Source of the DNA: Burkholderiaceae bacterium
GTDB lineage: Bacteria; Pseudomonadota; Gammaproteobacteria; Burkholderiales; Burkholderiaceae_F
Direction: 5' to 3'
Length of the DNA: 46,201 nt
Assembly (NCBI GenBank): GCA_041747615.1
Contig: JBGTEW010000047.1
Coordinates: 1-46,201 of the forward strand
Below the pieces are notes generated by a model, which was given only the letters and a program-made list of their open reading frames with translations, was not told the origin of the DNA and did no database searches. This document shows, in pieces, positions 1 to 7,621 of the stretch. The stretch's first letter is position 1; each line of letters starts with the position of its first letter. The translations under genes and the position numbers were made by a program.

Positions 1-202
1 GTAACCGGCGGATCATCCGCTGATACTGCGTGTCGCTCTTCGACGCCTCGGACTTGAAGAATTCAACACTCGTCTTGCTCAAAGTGATGGTGATTTTCAC
101 GTCCTCTTCGCGGAACGCCAATTCGTCCGGCGAGGGAAGAAAGTCGCGGATGACTTTCGGGTCGCCGATCGGCTCACTCGTGTACCTGATTTTCCCGCTC
201 AT
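1..202 (-). CDS. BrnA/CopG-type (ribbon-helix-helix) antitoxin-like protein; C-terminus runs off the window
   Basis: Minus-strand ATG at 202..200. Translation is MSGKIRYTSEPIGDPKVIRDFLPSPDELAFREEDVKITITLSKTSVEFFKSEASKSDTQYQRMIRRL... and is still open at coordinate 1. The pattern (FLPSP.EL.F.E..VK.T..LS..SV.FFK.EA....T.YQRMIR.L) matches BrnA/CopG-family antitoxins as I remember them. It is absent from the ORF track because the window edge truncates it. Confidence 0.7.
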   Translation of the reverse strand, partial: MSGKIRYTSEPIGDPKVIRDFLPSPDELAFREEDVKITITLSKTSVEFFKSEASKSDTQYQRMIRRL

Positions 203-459
203 AAATCGCCTTGCCCTTGCGCCAATATCCAGCGCCAATGATCCTGATCATCACCGAAGAGAGAACCCCCTAAGAGGCCCAAAGCAACAATGCCAGCGGC
301 AGTGCTGCTCCAGAGGTTCCGGCGGTACGGACCTGACTTGCCTCTGCGGAGATGGATCGCTGCTAACCCCGTTCCGATAGCCAGGGGAAGTGCAGAGATC
401 GACATCCAAAGAAGGCCGGGCCAGAGAATTCGCGCGAAGTCGGTCCAATAGGCGCTCAT
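199..459 (-). CDS. small predicted two-TM membrane protein, unknown function
   Basis: 86-aa ORF with two hydrophobic spans (ILWPGLLWMSISALPLAIGTGLAAI and LWSSTAAGIVALGLLGGSLF). Its TGA (201..199) overlaps the ATG (202..200) of the downstream antitoxin-like gene as ATGA. I recognise no family. Confidence 0.45.
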   Translation of the reverse strand: MSAYWTDFARILWPGLLWMSISALPLAIGTGLAAIHLRRGKSGPYRRNLWSSTAAGIVALGLLGGSLFGDDQDHWRWILAQGQGDL

Positions 460-470
460 TTGTCGGCGTC

Positions 471-516
471 TAACGTCTGAGTTAAGCCGCGCTCGTAGAG
501 CGTCGGCTCTTGAACG
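471..516. repeat. REP-like hairpin element, copy a
   Basis: taaCGTCTGAGTTaAGCCGCGCTCGtAGAGCGTCGGCTcttgaacg. Near-identical to the copies at 991..1035 and 1712..1756. It folds as an 11-bp stem (AGCCG+CGCTC / GAGCG+CGGCT) with one bulged T and a triloop. Confidence 0.75.
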
Positions 517-527
517 GTGAGTTAGGC

Positions 528-983
528 TTAGTTGCGGGGAGTTGCATACGGCTCGGCGCGCGGCTCAACCACTGTGCCGTCAAACAGCACTACGGCGACA
601 AACTCACCACCCCACAATTTCTTTCCGGCCACGACCGGCTGAAATTCGATTCGGTAGAACCACCCTTCAGTCACGGCAGGGCCGGAGCTGGACGGCGGCC
701 TGATGGTGATCGAACTGACAACAAGCTTAGTTATGTCGGCGTGACGCTTGCGCAGCCACATCTCACCTAACTCAACAGCCTTCGAAATTGCCAACGGCGG
801 CGGGCCGCCAGATGCTGGCGTCCACTTCGGCTGAGCTTGCCATTGCTGACGGCTGATCTCCCAATTTTGCATAACGTTGTCGCGGCCTTCACCCAAGAGA
901 GATACCTCGCCTCGGGGTTGCCCGCTTGCGAGGACTGGCAACAGCGCAACGATGAGAGAGATGACGCGCGCGAGGGCTTTCAT
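528..983 (-). CDS. secreted hypothetical protein (151 aa)
   Basis: ORF with an N-terminal signal-peptide-like segment MKALARVISLIVALLPVLASG. AGGA lies 4 nt upstream of the ATG. No family recognised. Confidence 0.6.
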   Translation of the reverse strand: MKALARVISLIVALLPVLASGQPRGEVSLLGEGRDNVMQNWEISRQQWQAQPKWTPASGGPPPLAISKAVELGEMWLRKRHADITKLVVSSITIRPPSSSGPAVTEGWFYRIEFQPVVAGKKLWGGEFVAVVLFDGTVVEPRAEPYATPRN

Positions 984-990
984 GGGTCCT

Positions 991-1035
991 ACCGTCTGAG
1001 TTGAGCCGCGCTCGCAGAGCGTCGGCTCTCCAACG
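991..1035. repeat. REP-like hairpin element, copy b
   Basis: accGTCTGAGTTGAGCCGCGCTCGCAGAGCGTCGGCTCtccaacg. The hairpin core is 1003..1028. It sits between the stop of the 217-aa gene and the start of the 151-aa gene. Confidence 0.75.
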
Positions 1036-1047
1036 AAGAGTTATGCG

Positions 1048-1701
1048 TCACTTTCGATCCTCGCCTGCGAACCGAATGCCTTCTGGACGCTGAAACAAAG
1101 CTGGCTCAAACGGCAGCCCGGCTTCGTACTCCAGGTACTGAACTGCAACGCGTAGTTGACTGTCACGATGCAACTCAAGTCGGGACGGCGTGTCGGACCT
1201 TAGATACAGGTGAACGGATTCGTTCCCTTCGCTGTATTCCAGGCGCTCTACGGCGCCAAGTGTTTCGTGACGAACTTTCTTCCTCGCTGCACCTACAGAG
1301 GAAAGCCATGCTACTTCGCAACCGAACTCCAAGCTGTTGATGAATGTGCTCCGAATACTCGGATCACCGAAGATCGCGGCGCGAAAGCGGAAGGTGGGAC
1401 CTTGGTCGCGTTGGTAGTTACCGGTCTGGCTGACACGGTCGGCCACCCACAAGTGAGGCTCGTCGACCACGACGAGTAAATGAAGGCCCGATTCTGGGTT
1501 ACGGGCCTCTTCTATGCGTCCATAGCGCTCGCCATATCGGTAGAGGGTCTTCGGCACCCGCACAAAATGATCCCTACGAGCGCCAGGCACGTCTAAGGCC
1601 GTGACTACCCGAAGCATAGGCGAGGGCGCGCAGACACGATCGGCCGCGACCGCGACAACCGGAAGCATAGAAAGCACGGCAACGAGGAAGCGGAGGATCA
1701 T
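1048..1701 (-). CDS. secreted hypothetical protein (217 aa)
   Basis: ORF with a signal-peptide-like N-terminus MILRFLVAVLSMLPVVAVAA. No family recognised. Confidence 0.6.
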   Translation of the reverse strand: MILRFLVAVLSMLPVVAVAADRVCAPSPMLRVVTALDVPGARRDHFVRVPKTLYRYGERYGRIEEARNPESGLHLLVVVDEPHLWVADRVSQTGNYQRDQGPTFRFRAAIFGDPSIRSTFINSLEFGCEVAWLSSVGAARKKVRHETLGAVERLEYSEGNESVHLYLRSDTPSRLELHRDSQLRVAVQYLEYEAGLPFEPALFQRPEGIRFAGEDRK

Positions 1702-1711
1702 CTGTGACGTA

Positions 1712-1756
1712 TAACGTCTGAGTTGAGCCGCACTCGCAGAGCGTCGGCTTTCGCAC
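1712..1756. repeat. REP-like hairpin element, copy c
   Basis: taaCGTCTGAGTTGAGCCGCaCTCGCAGAGCGTCGGCTttcgcacgg. It directly abuts the truncated HAD remnant. Confidence 0.75.
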
Positions 1757-1761
1757 GGCGG

Positions 1762-1857
1762 ATGGACCTGCCTGCGGAGGAGGTGCTGTTCCTGGACGAC
1801 AGCCTAAGAAACGTGGAAGCAGCGCGATCCTTGGGGATAACGCCCATCTGGCGATGA
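1762..1857 (+). pseudogene. C-terminal remnant of a HAD-superfamily hydrolase
   Basis: Translation (AFARR)MDLPAEEVLFLDDSLRNVEAARSLGITPIWR* carries HAD motif IV (LF(L/I)DD...N..aA...G) but no N-terminal DxD core. The reading frame begins inside repeat copy c. A +1-shifted continuation NQEEARSVLETYGVV (to 1919) may be the original C-terminus. Confidence 0.6.
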
Positions 1858-2014
1858 ATCAGGAAGAAGCCAGGTCCGTACTTGAGACGTATGGTGTGGT
1901 GTCAACTCGCGACCGTTGATCGACGTATGGACTACTGGATCGACGAACTGAGCACTACCGGCCCATGAGCCGACATTCGCTGACGCGCCAATTTTCTGGC
2001 ACGAATCACGGGCA

Positions 2015-2452
2015 TCACACAGTGATCTTGCTATCGCCGCGGACATCAGCTTCGCCGCGCGCTGCTTCGACCAGCTCGGACAAAATTCCACAGCGGCGAG
2101 CCGACCGTGGTGTTTTGCAGCGGGCTCGGAGCGTCACGAGTTGCTTCTCCAAGGTCAATAGCGACTCAAGTCGGGCTCGTACACGCTGTAGTTGCGTGTC
2201 CACCAAGACGTCGGCTTCATGGCACGAGGATGCAGGGTGATCAATGAGTGCAAGCAGCCTCTTGATGTCCGCAATCGTCACATCCAGCGACCGGCAGTGC
2301 CTGATAAACGCCAGGCGTTCGACCTGCGCCGGACCATAAGAGCGGTAGCCGTTGGCACGTCTCCGAGGCGGTGGCAGAAGGCCCGCCTTCTCGTAGTACC
2401 GAACAGTTTCCACGTCAACGCCCGTGGCGTTAGCAACTTCACCAATACGCAT
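2015..2452 (-). CDS. cadR: MerR-family Cd(II)/Pb(II)/Zn(II)-responsive regulator (CadR/PbrR-like)
   Basis: MRIGEVANATGVDVETVRYYEKAGLLPPP...NGYRSY is the MerR wHTH. Metal-ligand cysteines sit at the expected positions (SSCHEAD and RRCGIL). It is divergent from a CDF transporter, with a MerR-type long-spacer promoter between them. Confidence 0.85.
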   Translation of the reverse strand: MRIGEVANATGVDVETVRYYEKAGLLPPPRRRANGYRSYGPAQVERLAFIRHCRSLDVTIADIKRLLALIDHPASSCHEADVLVDTQLQRVRARLESLLTLEKQLVTLRARCKTPRSARRCGILSELVEAARGEADVRGDSKITV

Positions 2453-2463
2453 TGAACCTCCGC

Positions 2464-2494
2464 TTGACTCTGTAGCTACTTCAGGGTTTGTAAT
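2464..2494 (+). promoter_or_regulatory. MerR-type promoter/operator (long spacer with dyad)
   Basis: TTGACT (2464..2469), a 19-nt spacer, then TGTAAT (2489..2494). The spacer holds the imperfect dyad ACTCTGTAGCTACTTCAGGGT, resembling PzntA/PpbrA/PcadA operators (cTTGACTCTatAG...). Confidence 0.65.
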
Positions 2495-2516
2495 CGTAGC
2501 GCCTGTGGAGGTGAAT

Positions 2517-3128
2517 GTGTCTGAGCAGTGTTGCCCAGTTAGTGCAGTCCCTGATGACAGCCGCCGCTATCGGCGCGTCCTGTGGATCGCGTTGGCGGTT
2601 AACGCCGTCATGTTCCTTGTGGAATTGGGGGCCAGTTTTCGCGCGGAATCAGCCGCGCTTCTGGCGGACGCCATCGATTTCGCGGGCGATGCTGGTAACT
2701 ATGGACTGTCGCTGGCGGCGATTGCGTTCGGGCCTGTCTGGCAGTCGCGTGCTGCACTGGTCAAAGCGACTTCAATGACAGCGTATGGAGTATTTGTGCT
2801 CGCCATGGCGAGTTGGGCTTTACTTAGCGGGTCACAACCCGAGCCTTTAACGATGGGGATCGTCGGTGTTGTCGCGCTGATCGCCAACGTCAGTGTCGCT
2901 GCGCTTCTATTCGCCTTCCGTGAAGGCAATGCGAACATGCGCTCGGTCTGGCTGTGCACTCGAAATGATGTAATTGGCAACATCGCAGTTCTTGCAGCAG
3001 CAATAGGCGTTTTCGGTACAGGTTCGCGTTGGCCCGATCTGCTGGTTGCCACGATCATTGCAAGTCTGGCAATCACCGCGGGGATTTCGACTCTGCGCCA
3101 AGCGCGACAGGAACTTCGTGCCACTTAA
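2517..3128 (+). CDS. cation diffusion facilitator (CDF) family divalent-metal efflux protein, short TMD-only form
   Basis: The track ORF 2424..3128 overlaps cadR and the promoter. I place the start at GTG 2517, 5 nt after GGAGG (2507..2511). Six hydrophobic segments and the CDF-like motifs LLADAIDFAGDAGNY and NMRSVWLCTRNDVIGN. Confidence 0.75.
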   Translation: MSEQCCPVSAVPDDSRRYRRVLWIALAVNAVMFLVELGASFRAESAALLADAIDFAGDAGNYGLSLAAIAFGPVWQSRAALVKATSMTAYGVFVLAMASWALLSGSQPEPLTMGIVGVVALIANVSVAALLFAFREGNANMRSVWLCTRNDVIGNIAVLAAAIGVFGTGSRWPDLLVATIIASLAITAGISTLRQARQELRAT

Positions 3129-3147
3129 ATCAAACGTAGAATCAGTG

Positions 3148-3579
3148 ATGCGCGGAGTGCGTCACCGCTCGCCATGGTCGTGGATGTTTTGCGCTTGGTT
3201 GATTGCAGTTGCTGCAACGCTTGGGAGTTTGTTCTTTAGCGAGGTGATGGGTCTGCCACCTTGCGTCTTGTGTTGATATCAAAGAATTTTCATGTTTCCT
3301 TTGGCGGCCATACTGACGTTAGCGTTTTTTCCATTCGACCTTGGTCATGTTCGTTACTCACTTGCACTCGCGTTAGGCGGGGCGTGCGTGGCTGTTTACC
3401 ACTGCCTGCTGTATGCGGGCCTGATTCCGGAGAATATTCAACCATGCAGTCAGGGCGTCTCATGCGCGGATCGAACTTCTCAACAGATCGCCGGACTACC
3501 GATACCGATGTTGTCGTTGGCTGCTTTTTTGATGATCATCGCTTTGTTGCTCGCAGCGCGAAGGGGAATGAGTAAATGA
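3148..3579 (+). pseudogene. DsbB/BdbC-family disulfide oxidoreductase interrupted by an in-frame TGA
   Basis: ORFs 3046..3276 and 3292..3579 are in the same frame. The joined product reads ...GLPPCVLC*YQRIFMFPLAAIL..., and TGA 3274..3276 sits exactly where the conserved Trp of the CxxCW(Y)QRI motif belongs. Confidence 0.7.
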
Positions 3580-4231
3580 GGCGGCAGACCATCGTCATAA
3601 CGGCTGGCATAGCTGTTTTGCTCTTGTTCTGACTGGGGACGTACACCTACAAGCGGCAGCAGGCGGAGCGGTCGGTCCAAGCGGCGACCCAAGGCAGCGC
3701 GGCACTGGTACGGTTTCATTCACCAACATACGGCGCGCCGGATGCAAAAGTCGAGCTTGTTGAATTTTTCGATCCTGCCTGTGAGACGTGCAGAAAGTTT
3801 TATCCAGTCGTTAAGGAAATCGTTGATTCGAGCGGCGGGAAGGTACGACTTGTCTTGCGATATGCAGCTTTCCACAAGGGATCAGACGAGGCGATCGCGA
3901 TATTGGAAGCGGCAAGAAGCAGCAGCGATTCTGGCCTGCAGTAGAAGCGGCTTTAGCTGCGCAGCCGCAGTGGGCTTCTCACTCCAATCCGCAGCCGGAA
4001 CTGATTTGGAAATACCTCGATGGGCTTGGCCTGGATGTTGAGCAAGCCAAGGCAGATGCACGTGATCCGCGCATCGCTACAAATCTGGAACAGGATCGCG
4101 CCGATTTGGTTGCCATGAACGTCAAAGCTACCCCGAGCTTTATTGTGAACGGAGTTCCGCTTGAGCAATTCGGCGTTGACGAACTCAAGACCCTCGTGCG
4201 CCGCGAAGTGGACAGGGCTTATAAGCAGTGA
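3576..4231 (+). pseudogene. DsbA/thioredoxin-fold (BdbD-like) oxidoreductase with an in-frame TGA and a frameshift
   Basis: ATG 3576 overlaps the dsbB stop (ATGA). The product reads MRRQTIVITAGIAVLLLF*LGTYTYK... with TGA at 3630..3632. The same frame continues ...VELVEFFDPACETCRKFYPVVKEI...ILEAA. The frame then shifts near 3912..3925 (gcaagaag) to KKQQRFWPAVEAALAAQPQW...NVKATPSFIVNGVPL...AYKQ*. Confidence 0.7.
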
Positions 4232-4266
4232 ATGGCGCGCAATCTAAAGAGACACAGGAGTGCTCA

Positions 4267-4635
4267 ATGACGAACTTTGGTAAAGCTATCCGACCGCACG
4301 TGCAGGCCGAGCTTTACGCCGCGCAAGAGGCGGAGGCGCAAGGTCAACCAGACGTCGCCTTTAGTCATATGGAAAGGGCACACGTCCTCGGTCAAGCCTC
4401 GACAATTGAGCACGTGCATATTCACTCGCGCATGCTTCTGTGGGGTTGGCGCCAACGCAGCTTTCGTGAATGCGTTGGGCAGGCCCTTCGCATTGCTGGC
4501 GCTGCTACAAAAACCGCGGTCGGGCTTGTGCCAGAGGGAAACACGGGTGGGTCGAACGTAAGCCCGTTCAAGCGCATGCCAATACCGCCTGAGCTTGAGA
4601 CAATAATTCGACGCGCTCGCTCGTCGCGCACTTGA
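4267..4635 (+). CDS. DUF3703-like protein
   Basis: ATG 4267 follows AGGAG (4256..4260). MTNFGKAIRPHVQAELYAAQEAEAQGQ...FSHMERAHVLGQASTIEHVHIHSRMLLWGWRQR...VPEGNTGGSNVS matches my memory of DUF3703, a family usually found in metal-resistance operons. Confidence 0.65.
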   Translation: MTNFGKAIRPHVQAELYAAQEAEAQGQPDVAFSHMERAHVLGQASTIEHVHIHSRMLLWGWRQRSFRECVGQALRIAGAATKTAVGLVPEGNTGGSNVSPFKRMPIPPELETIIRRARSSRT

Positions 4636-4645
4636 GAGTACCGAA

Positions 4646-4837
4646 GGTCCGCTTTAGAGCGATGCGAATGTCCCCAATGGGTCGAGGCCGTGTGAAAACG
4701 CGTCGACGTGACGTGTGACTTTTAAGTCGACCTCTCAGATCGCTCTGTGTTCAACGATCGACCCTTCGGGAATACCAAACCGACCCCCGAAAACGCGCAG
4801 ATTTTGCGTTTTCACACGGCCTCGGTCGAAAGCGGAC
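4646..4837. repeat. MITE-like palindromic element
   Basis: A 19-bp perfect inverted repeat, CGAGGCCGTGTGAAAACGC (4683..4701) against GCGTTTTCACACGGCCTCG (4806..4824). Outer arms are GTCCGCTTT (4647..4655) and AAAGCGGAC (4829..4837). No ORF inside. Confidence 0.6.
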
Positions 4838-5374
4838 ACGCATTGTCACTTTCAACCAAGTAATGCGTCCTAACAGGAAGACAAGTGCCGTGCCTTTTGT
4901 ACTTCTTCAAACCGCACCTCCGACCATCGCCACTTTTCCGCCGTTGTTGCTTCGGAACTGTTGTTGCTCAGCGTGCCGTAACGAGTATTTGAGTTTTGGT
5001 GGGGTCGACACGGCAGGAATCGAACTGCTAAAGCTCTTGAGAGCGGGCGCGACACGAGCGGACGTTAGGTGGCTGGCGTACCAAGAACATACCTCATGAG
5101 CACGCAGTACCCATCGTTGCCAATCACAGTCTGCGATACGCGGGGTGTAAACGCGATGGAATTGCATTCCGCTTTCAGACCCTGAGCTGCCGTTTGCACT
5201 TGCCGAAAGCGGACTCGCTGACTCGCTCAGAAACGGACACAGCATCGGTAATGACTGAGGCGTCGATCCTTCCGCTTTCGCCGCGGGTATAAGGAGGTTT
5301 GACATCGGCCGCACGGCAACGCGGGTTCGGTCACGTCAGCGTGGGCAGGACCGTTGTTAGCGAGAGGGGTTGCG

Positions 5375-7159
5375 ATGATAGACAAGGAGTTGCGACAACT
5401 CGTCGAACAAGTGCGCTACGGCAGCATGTCCCGTCGGCATTTCATCGATCGCATGCTGGGACTGGGTCTGAGCGCACCGATGGCCGGCCTGATGCTGATG
5501 GAACGCGGCGTCGCGCAGACGCCGGCCGCGTCCTACAAGCCCACGCGTCGCGGCGGTGGTGGGGTGCTGAAAATGCTGCAGTCGGCTGGCCCGACGCTGC
5601 TCAACCCCCACTTTGCGACCGGCCTCAAGGACAGCTTTGGCTCGCGCATCTTCTACGAGCCACTGGCGCAGTGGGATGCCGATGCGAACCTGCAGCCGGT
5701 GCTGGCCGCGGAGGTCCCCAGCCGCGAGAACGGTGGGCTGGCGGCCGACGGCCGCAGTGTCATCTGGAAACTCAAGAAAGGCGTGACCTGGCACGATGGT
5801 CAGCCCTTCACCGCCGACGACGTGATCTTCAACTGGCAGTACGCCATCGACGCGGCCACTGCTAGCGTGACCGCCGGCAGCTACGGCAACCTCAAGATGG
5901 AAAAAATCGACGCCCACACGGTTCGCGTCGTCTTCTCCAGGCCGACGCCGTTCTGGCCCGGCCAATATGCGCAGGTGATGCTGGTGCCCAGACACCTGTT
6001 TGCTCCCTATAGCAACGCAAAGTCGCGCGATGCGCCCAACAACAACAGGCCCGTGGGCACTGGTGCCTACACCTTCGTCGAATTCAAGCCCGGCGACTTC
6101 CTGCGCGCCGCACTCAACCCGAAATACCATGAAGCGAACCGCCCGCATTTCGACACGCTGGAATTGAAGGGCGGCGGTGACGCCACCTCGGCCGCCCGCG
6201 CGGTGCTGCAGACCGGTGAATACGACTACGCCGGCTCGCTGTTGGTCGAGGATGAGGTGCTCGCGCGCATCGAAGCCGGTGGCAAGGGCCGCGTTGAGTT
6301 CCTCAGCGGCAGCGCGACCACCGCCATCTACCTGAACCACGCCGATCCGCGCACCGAGATCGACGGCGAGCGGTCGCACCCCAAGACGCGCCACCCGCTG
6401 TTTAGCGACTCCGTTGTGCGCCGTGCAGTGGGGCTGCTGATTGACCGCCAGAACATCCAGGCCTACGTCTTCGGCCGGCAGGGCATGGCGACGGCCAATT
6501 TCCTCAACCACCCACCGCGTTACCGCAGCGCCAACACGGCATTCGAGTTCAACATCGACAAGGCCAAGGCGCTGCTCGACGCCGCGGGTTGGAAGCCGGC
6601 CGCCGATGGCGTTCGCGAGAAGGGTGGCAAGAAGCTGGCGCTGCTGTTCCAGGCCGCAAGCGGCGCCGTCGTGCAGAAGTACCAGGCCATCGTCAAGCAG
6701 GCGGCACAGAAAGCCGGCATCCAGATCGAATTGAAGGCGGTCGTATCCAGCATGTTCTTCTCGTCGGATGTAGGCAACTCCGACACTTACGGAAAGTTCT
6801 ACGCGGACATGCAGACCTACAACTGGACCAACAACAATCCGGATCCTGAAGGCCTGGTGCAGTGCTTCGTCTCGTGGGAAGTGGCATCGAAGGCCAACAA
6901 GTGGTTGGGACAGAACATGGTGCGCTGGCAGAGCAGCGAGTTCGACGCCCTGTTCCGCGCCTCAGAAGTGGAACTGGATCCGGTCAAGCGCGCAGCACTT
7001 TTCATCCGGATGAACGACCTGGTGGTCGCCGACGGCTACGTGCTGCCGATCATCGCCCGCACTTCGGCGCGAGCACTGAATCGGCGCCTCGTGGCGCCCT
7101 TGTCGGGCTGGCAGCTCGACACGGGGTCACTGCCTCACTGGTACCGCGAAGCCGGATGA
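5375..7159 (+). CDS. ABC-transporter substrate-binding protein, family 5 (peptide/nickel/opine type), Tat signal
   Basis: Long ORF. The N-terminus MSRRHFIDRMLGLGLSAPMAGLML has a twin-arginine motif, and the body has SBP_bac_5-like motifs throughout. The start is either ATG 5375 or the internal ATG encoding MSRRHF. Confidence 0.85.
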   Translation: MIDKELRQLVEQVRYGSMSRRHFIDRMLGLGLSAPMAGLMLMERGVAQTPAASYKPTRRGGGGVLKMLQSAGPTLLNPHFATGLKDSFGSRIFYEPLAQWDADANLQPVLAAEVPSRENGGLAADGRSVIWKLKKGVTWHDGQPFTADDVIFNWQYAIDAATASVTAGSYGNLKMEKIDAHTVRVVFSRPTPFWPGQYAQVMLVPRHLFAPYSNAKSRDAPNNNRPVGTGAYTFVEFKPGDFLRAALNPKYHEANRPHFDTLELKGGGDATSAARAVLQTGEYDYAGSLLVEDEVLARIEAGGKGRVEFLSGSATTAIYLNHADPRTEIDGERSHPKTRHPLFSDSVVRRAVGLLIDRQNIQAYVFGRQGMATANFLNHPPRYRSANTAFEFNIDKAKALLDAAGWKPAADGVREKGGKKLALLFQAASGAVVQKYQAIVKQAAQKAGIQIELKAVVSSMFFSSDVGNSDTYGKFYADMQTYNWTNNNPDPEGLVQCFVSWEVASKANKWLGQNMVRWQSSEFDALFRASEVELDPVKRAALFIRMNDLVVADGYVLPIIARTSARALNRRLVAPLSGWQLDTGSLPHWYREAG

Positions 7160-7267
7160 GCCATCGCATTCGGCAAGCGAACTGGACACAAGCGCTTTCA
7201 TGCTCGGATGGGGAGGGGGTTCATCCGACGCGATCTTCGTACTGAAAGCGGTCCTTCACAGCCGTAA

Positions 7268-7522
7268 CCACGTGGAGCCGGGGACGGGAACTACGGTGAC
7301 TTCAAGCATGCGAAGCTCGACGGACTGATCGACAGCATCGAGGGCGAGACGGACAGCGCCAAGCGGGTGGCCATGATCAACGAAGCCGTAAAGATCGTTC
7401 AGGATGATGTCCTCACGATTCCGCTTCATCGTCAGGTTATCCCCTGGGCATCCAAAGTGAACGTCTCGGTCGTCCATCTTCCAAACAACATCATGAACCC
7501 AGTGTGGGTGAAGGTCCGGTAA
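7268..7522 (+). pseudogene. C-terminal fragment of a second family-5 substrate-binding protein
   Basis: An open frame without a start: ...GNYGDFKHAKLDGLIDSIEGETDSAKRVAMINEAVKIVQDDVLTIPLHRQVIPWASKVNVSVVHLPNNIMNPVWVKVR*. This is the typical C-terminal end of SBP_bac_5 proteins. The track shows only the antisense ORF 7256..7564. Confidence 0.65.
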
Positions 7523-7621
7523 GCGCGGCCACGTTGTTTGCCCGCAGGCATCAACCGTTACCAAAGTCGTTATCGACGTTTTATTGGCACCACGGCGTCG
7601 TCGTAGGTATGGGGATGCGCG

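Noticed and set aside
471-1756. Integron attC sites. The gene-plus-hairpin cassettes, with GTTGAGC / CTCCAAC motifs at the hairpin ends, prompted the idea.
   Set aside because: The polarity is wrong. Here GTTG is at the 5' outer end and CAAC at the 3' outer end, whereas attC has RYYYAAC ... GTTRRRY. No intI gene or attI site is in the window. I treat the copies as REP-like hairpins instead.
3274-3632. Selenocysteine or UGA=Trp recoding of the two in-frame TGAs in dsbB/dsbA.
   Set aside because: Most well-supported genes in the window terminate with TGA, so TGA is a stop here. One TGA lies in a signal/TM segment where Sec makes no sense. I saw no obvious SECIS-like hairpin immediately downstream. 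A frameshift in the same gene also argues for decay.
4907-5314. 135-aa minus-strand ORF in the track.
   Set aside because: It lies entirely in the repeat-rich spacer, overlaps the palindromic GTCCGCTTT/AAAGCGGAC units, has no RBS, and has a low-complexity Ser/Ala/Pro-rich composition typical of chance ORFs in GC-rich DNA.
4990-5345. Possible tmRNA or tRNA on the minus strand. The sequence GCAGTTCGATTCCTGCCGTGTCGACCCCACCA (reverse complement of about 4998..5029) looks like a T-arm plus acceptor plus ACCA 3' end, and an ANGSSGSES... reading frame lies upstream.
   Set aside because: No matching 5' acceptor strand (GGGGTCG) exists within 400 nt on either side. The T-stem needs an 8-nt loop or an indel. 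Four extra nucleotides separate the T-stem from the acceptor, there is no G3:U70 pair, and the tag-like frame has no nearby stop. At most this is a decayed tRNA-like remnant; ARAGORN or tRNAscan-SE would settle it.
5357-6511. 384-aa ORF antisense to the family-5 SBP gene. Similar long antisense or out-of-frame ORFs include 39028..40314, 44524..45726, 41150..41860, 28725..29264 and 32729..33487.
   Set aside because: These are classic high-GC shadow ORFs: Arg/Ala/Gly/Pro-rich, with no recognisable motifs. Each fully overlaps a gene that has clear family signatures.
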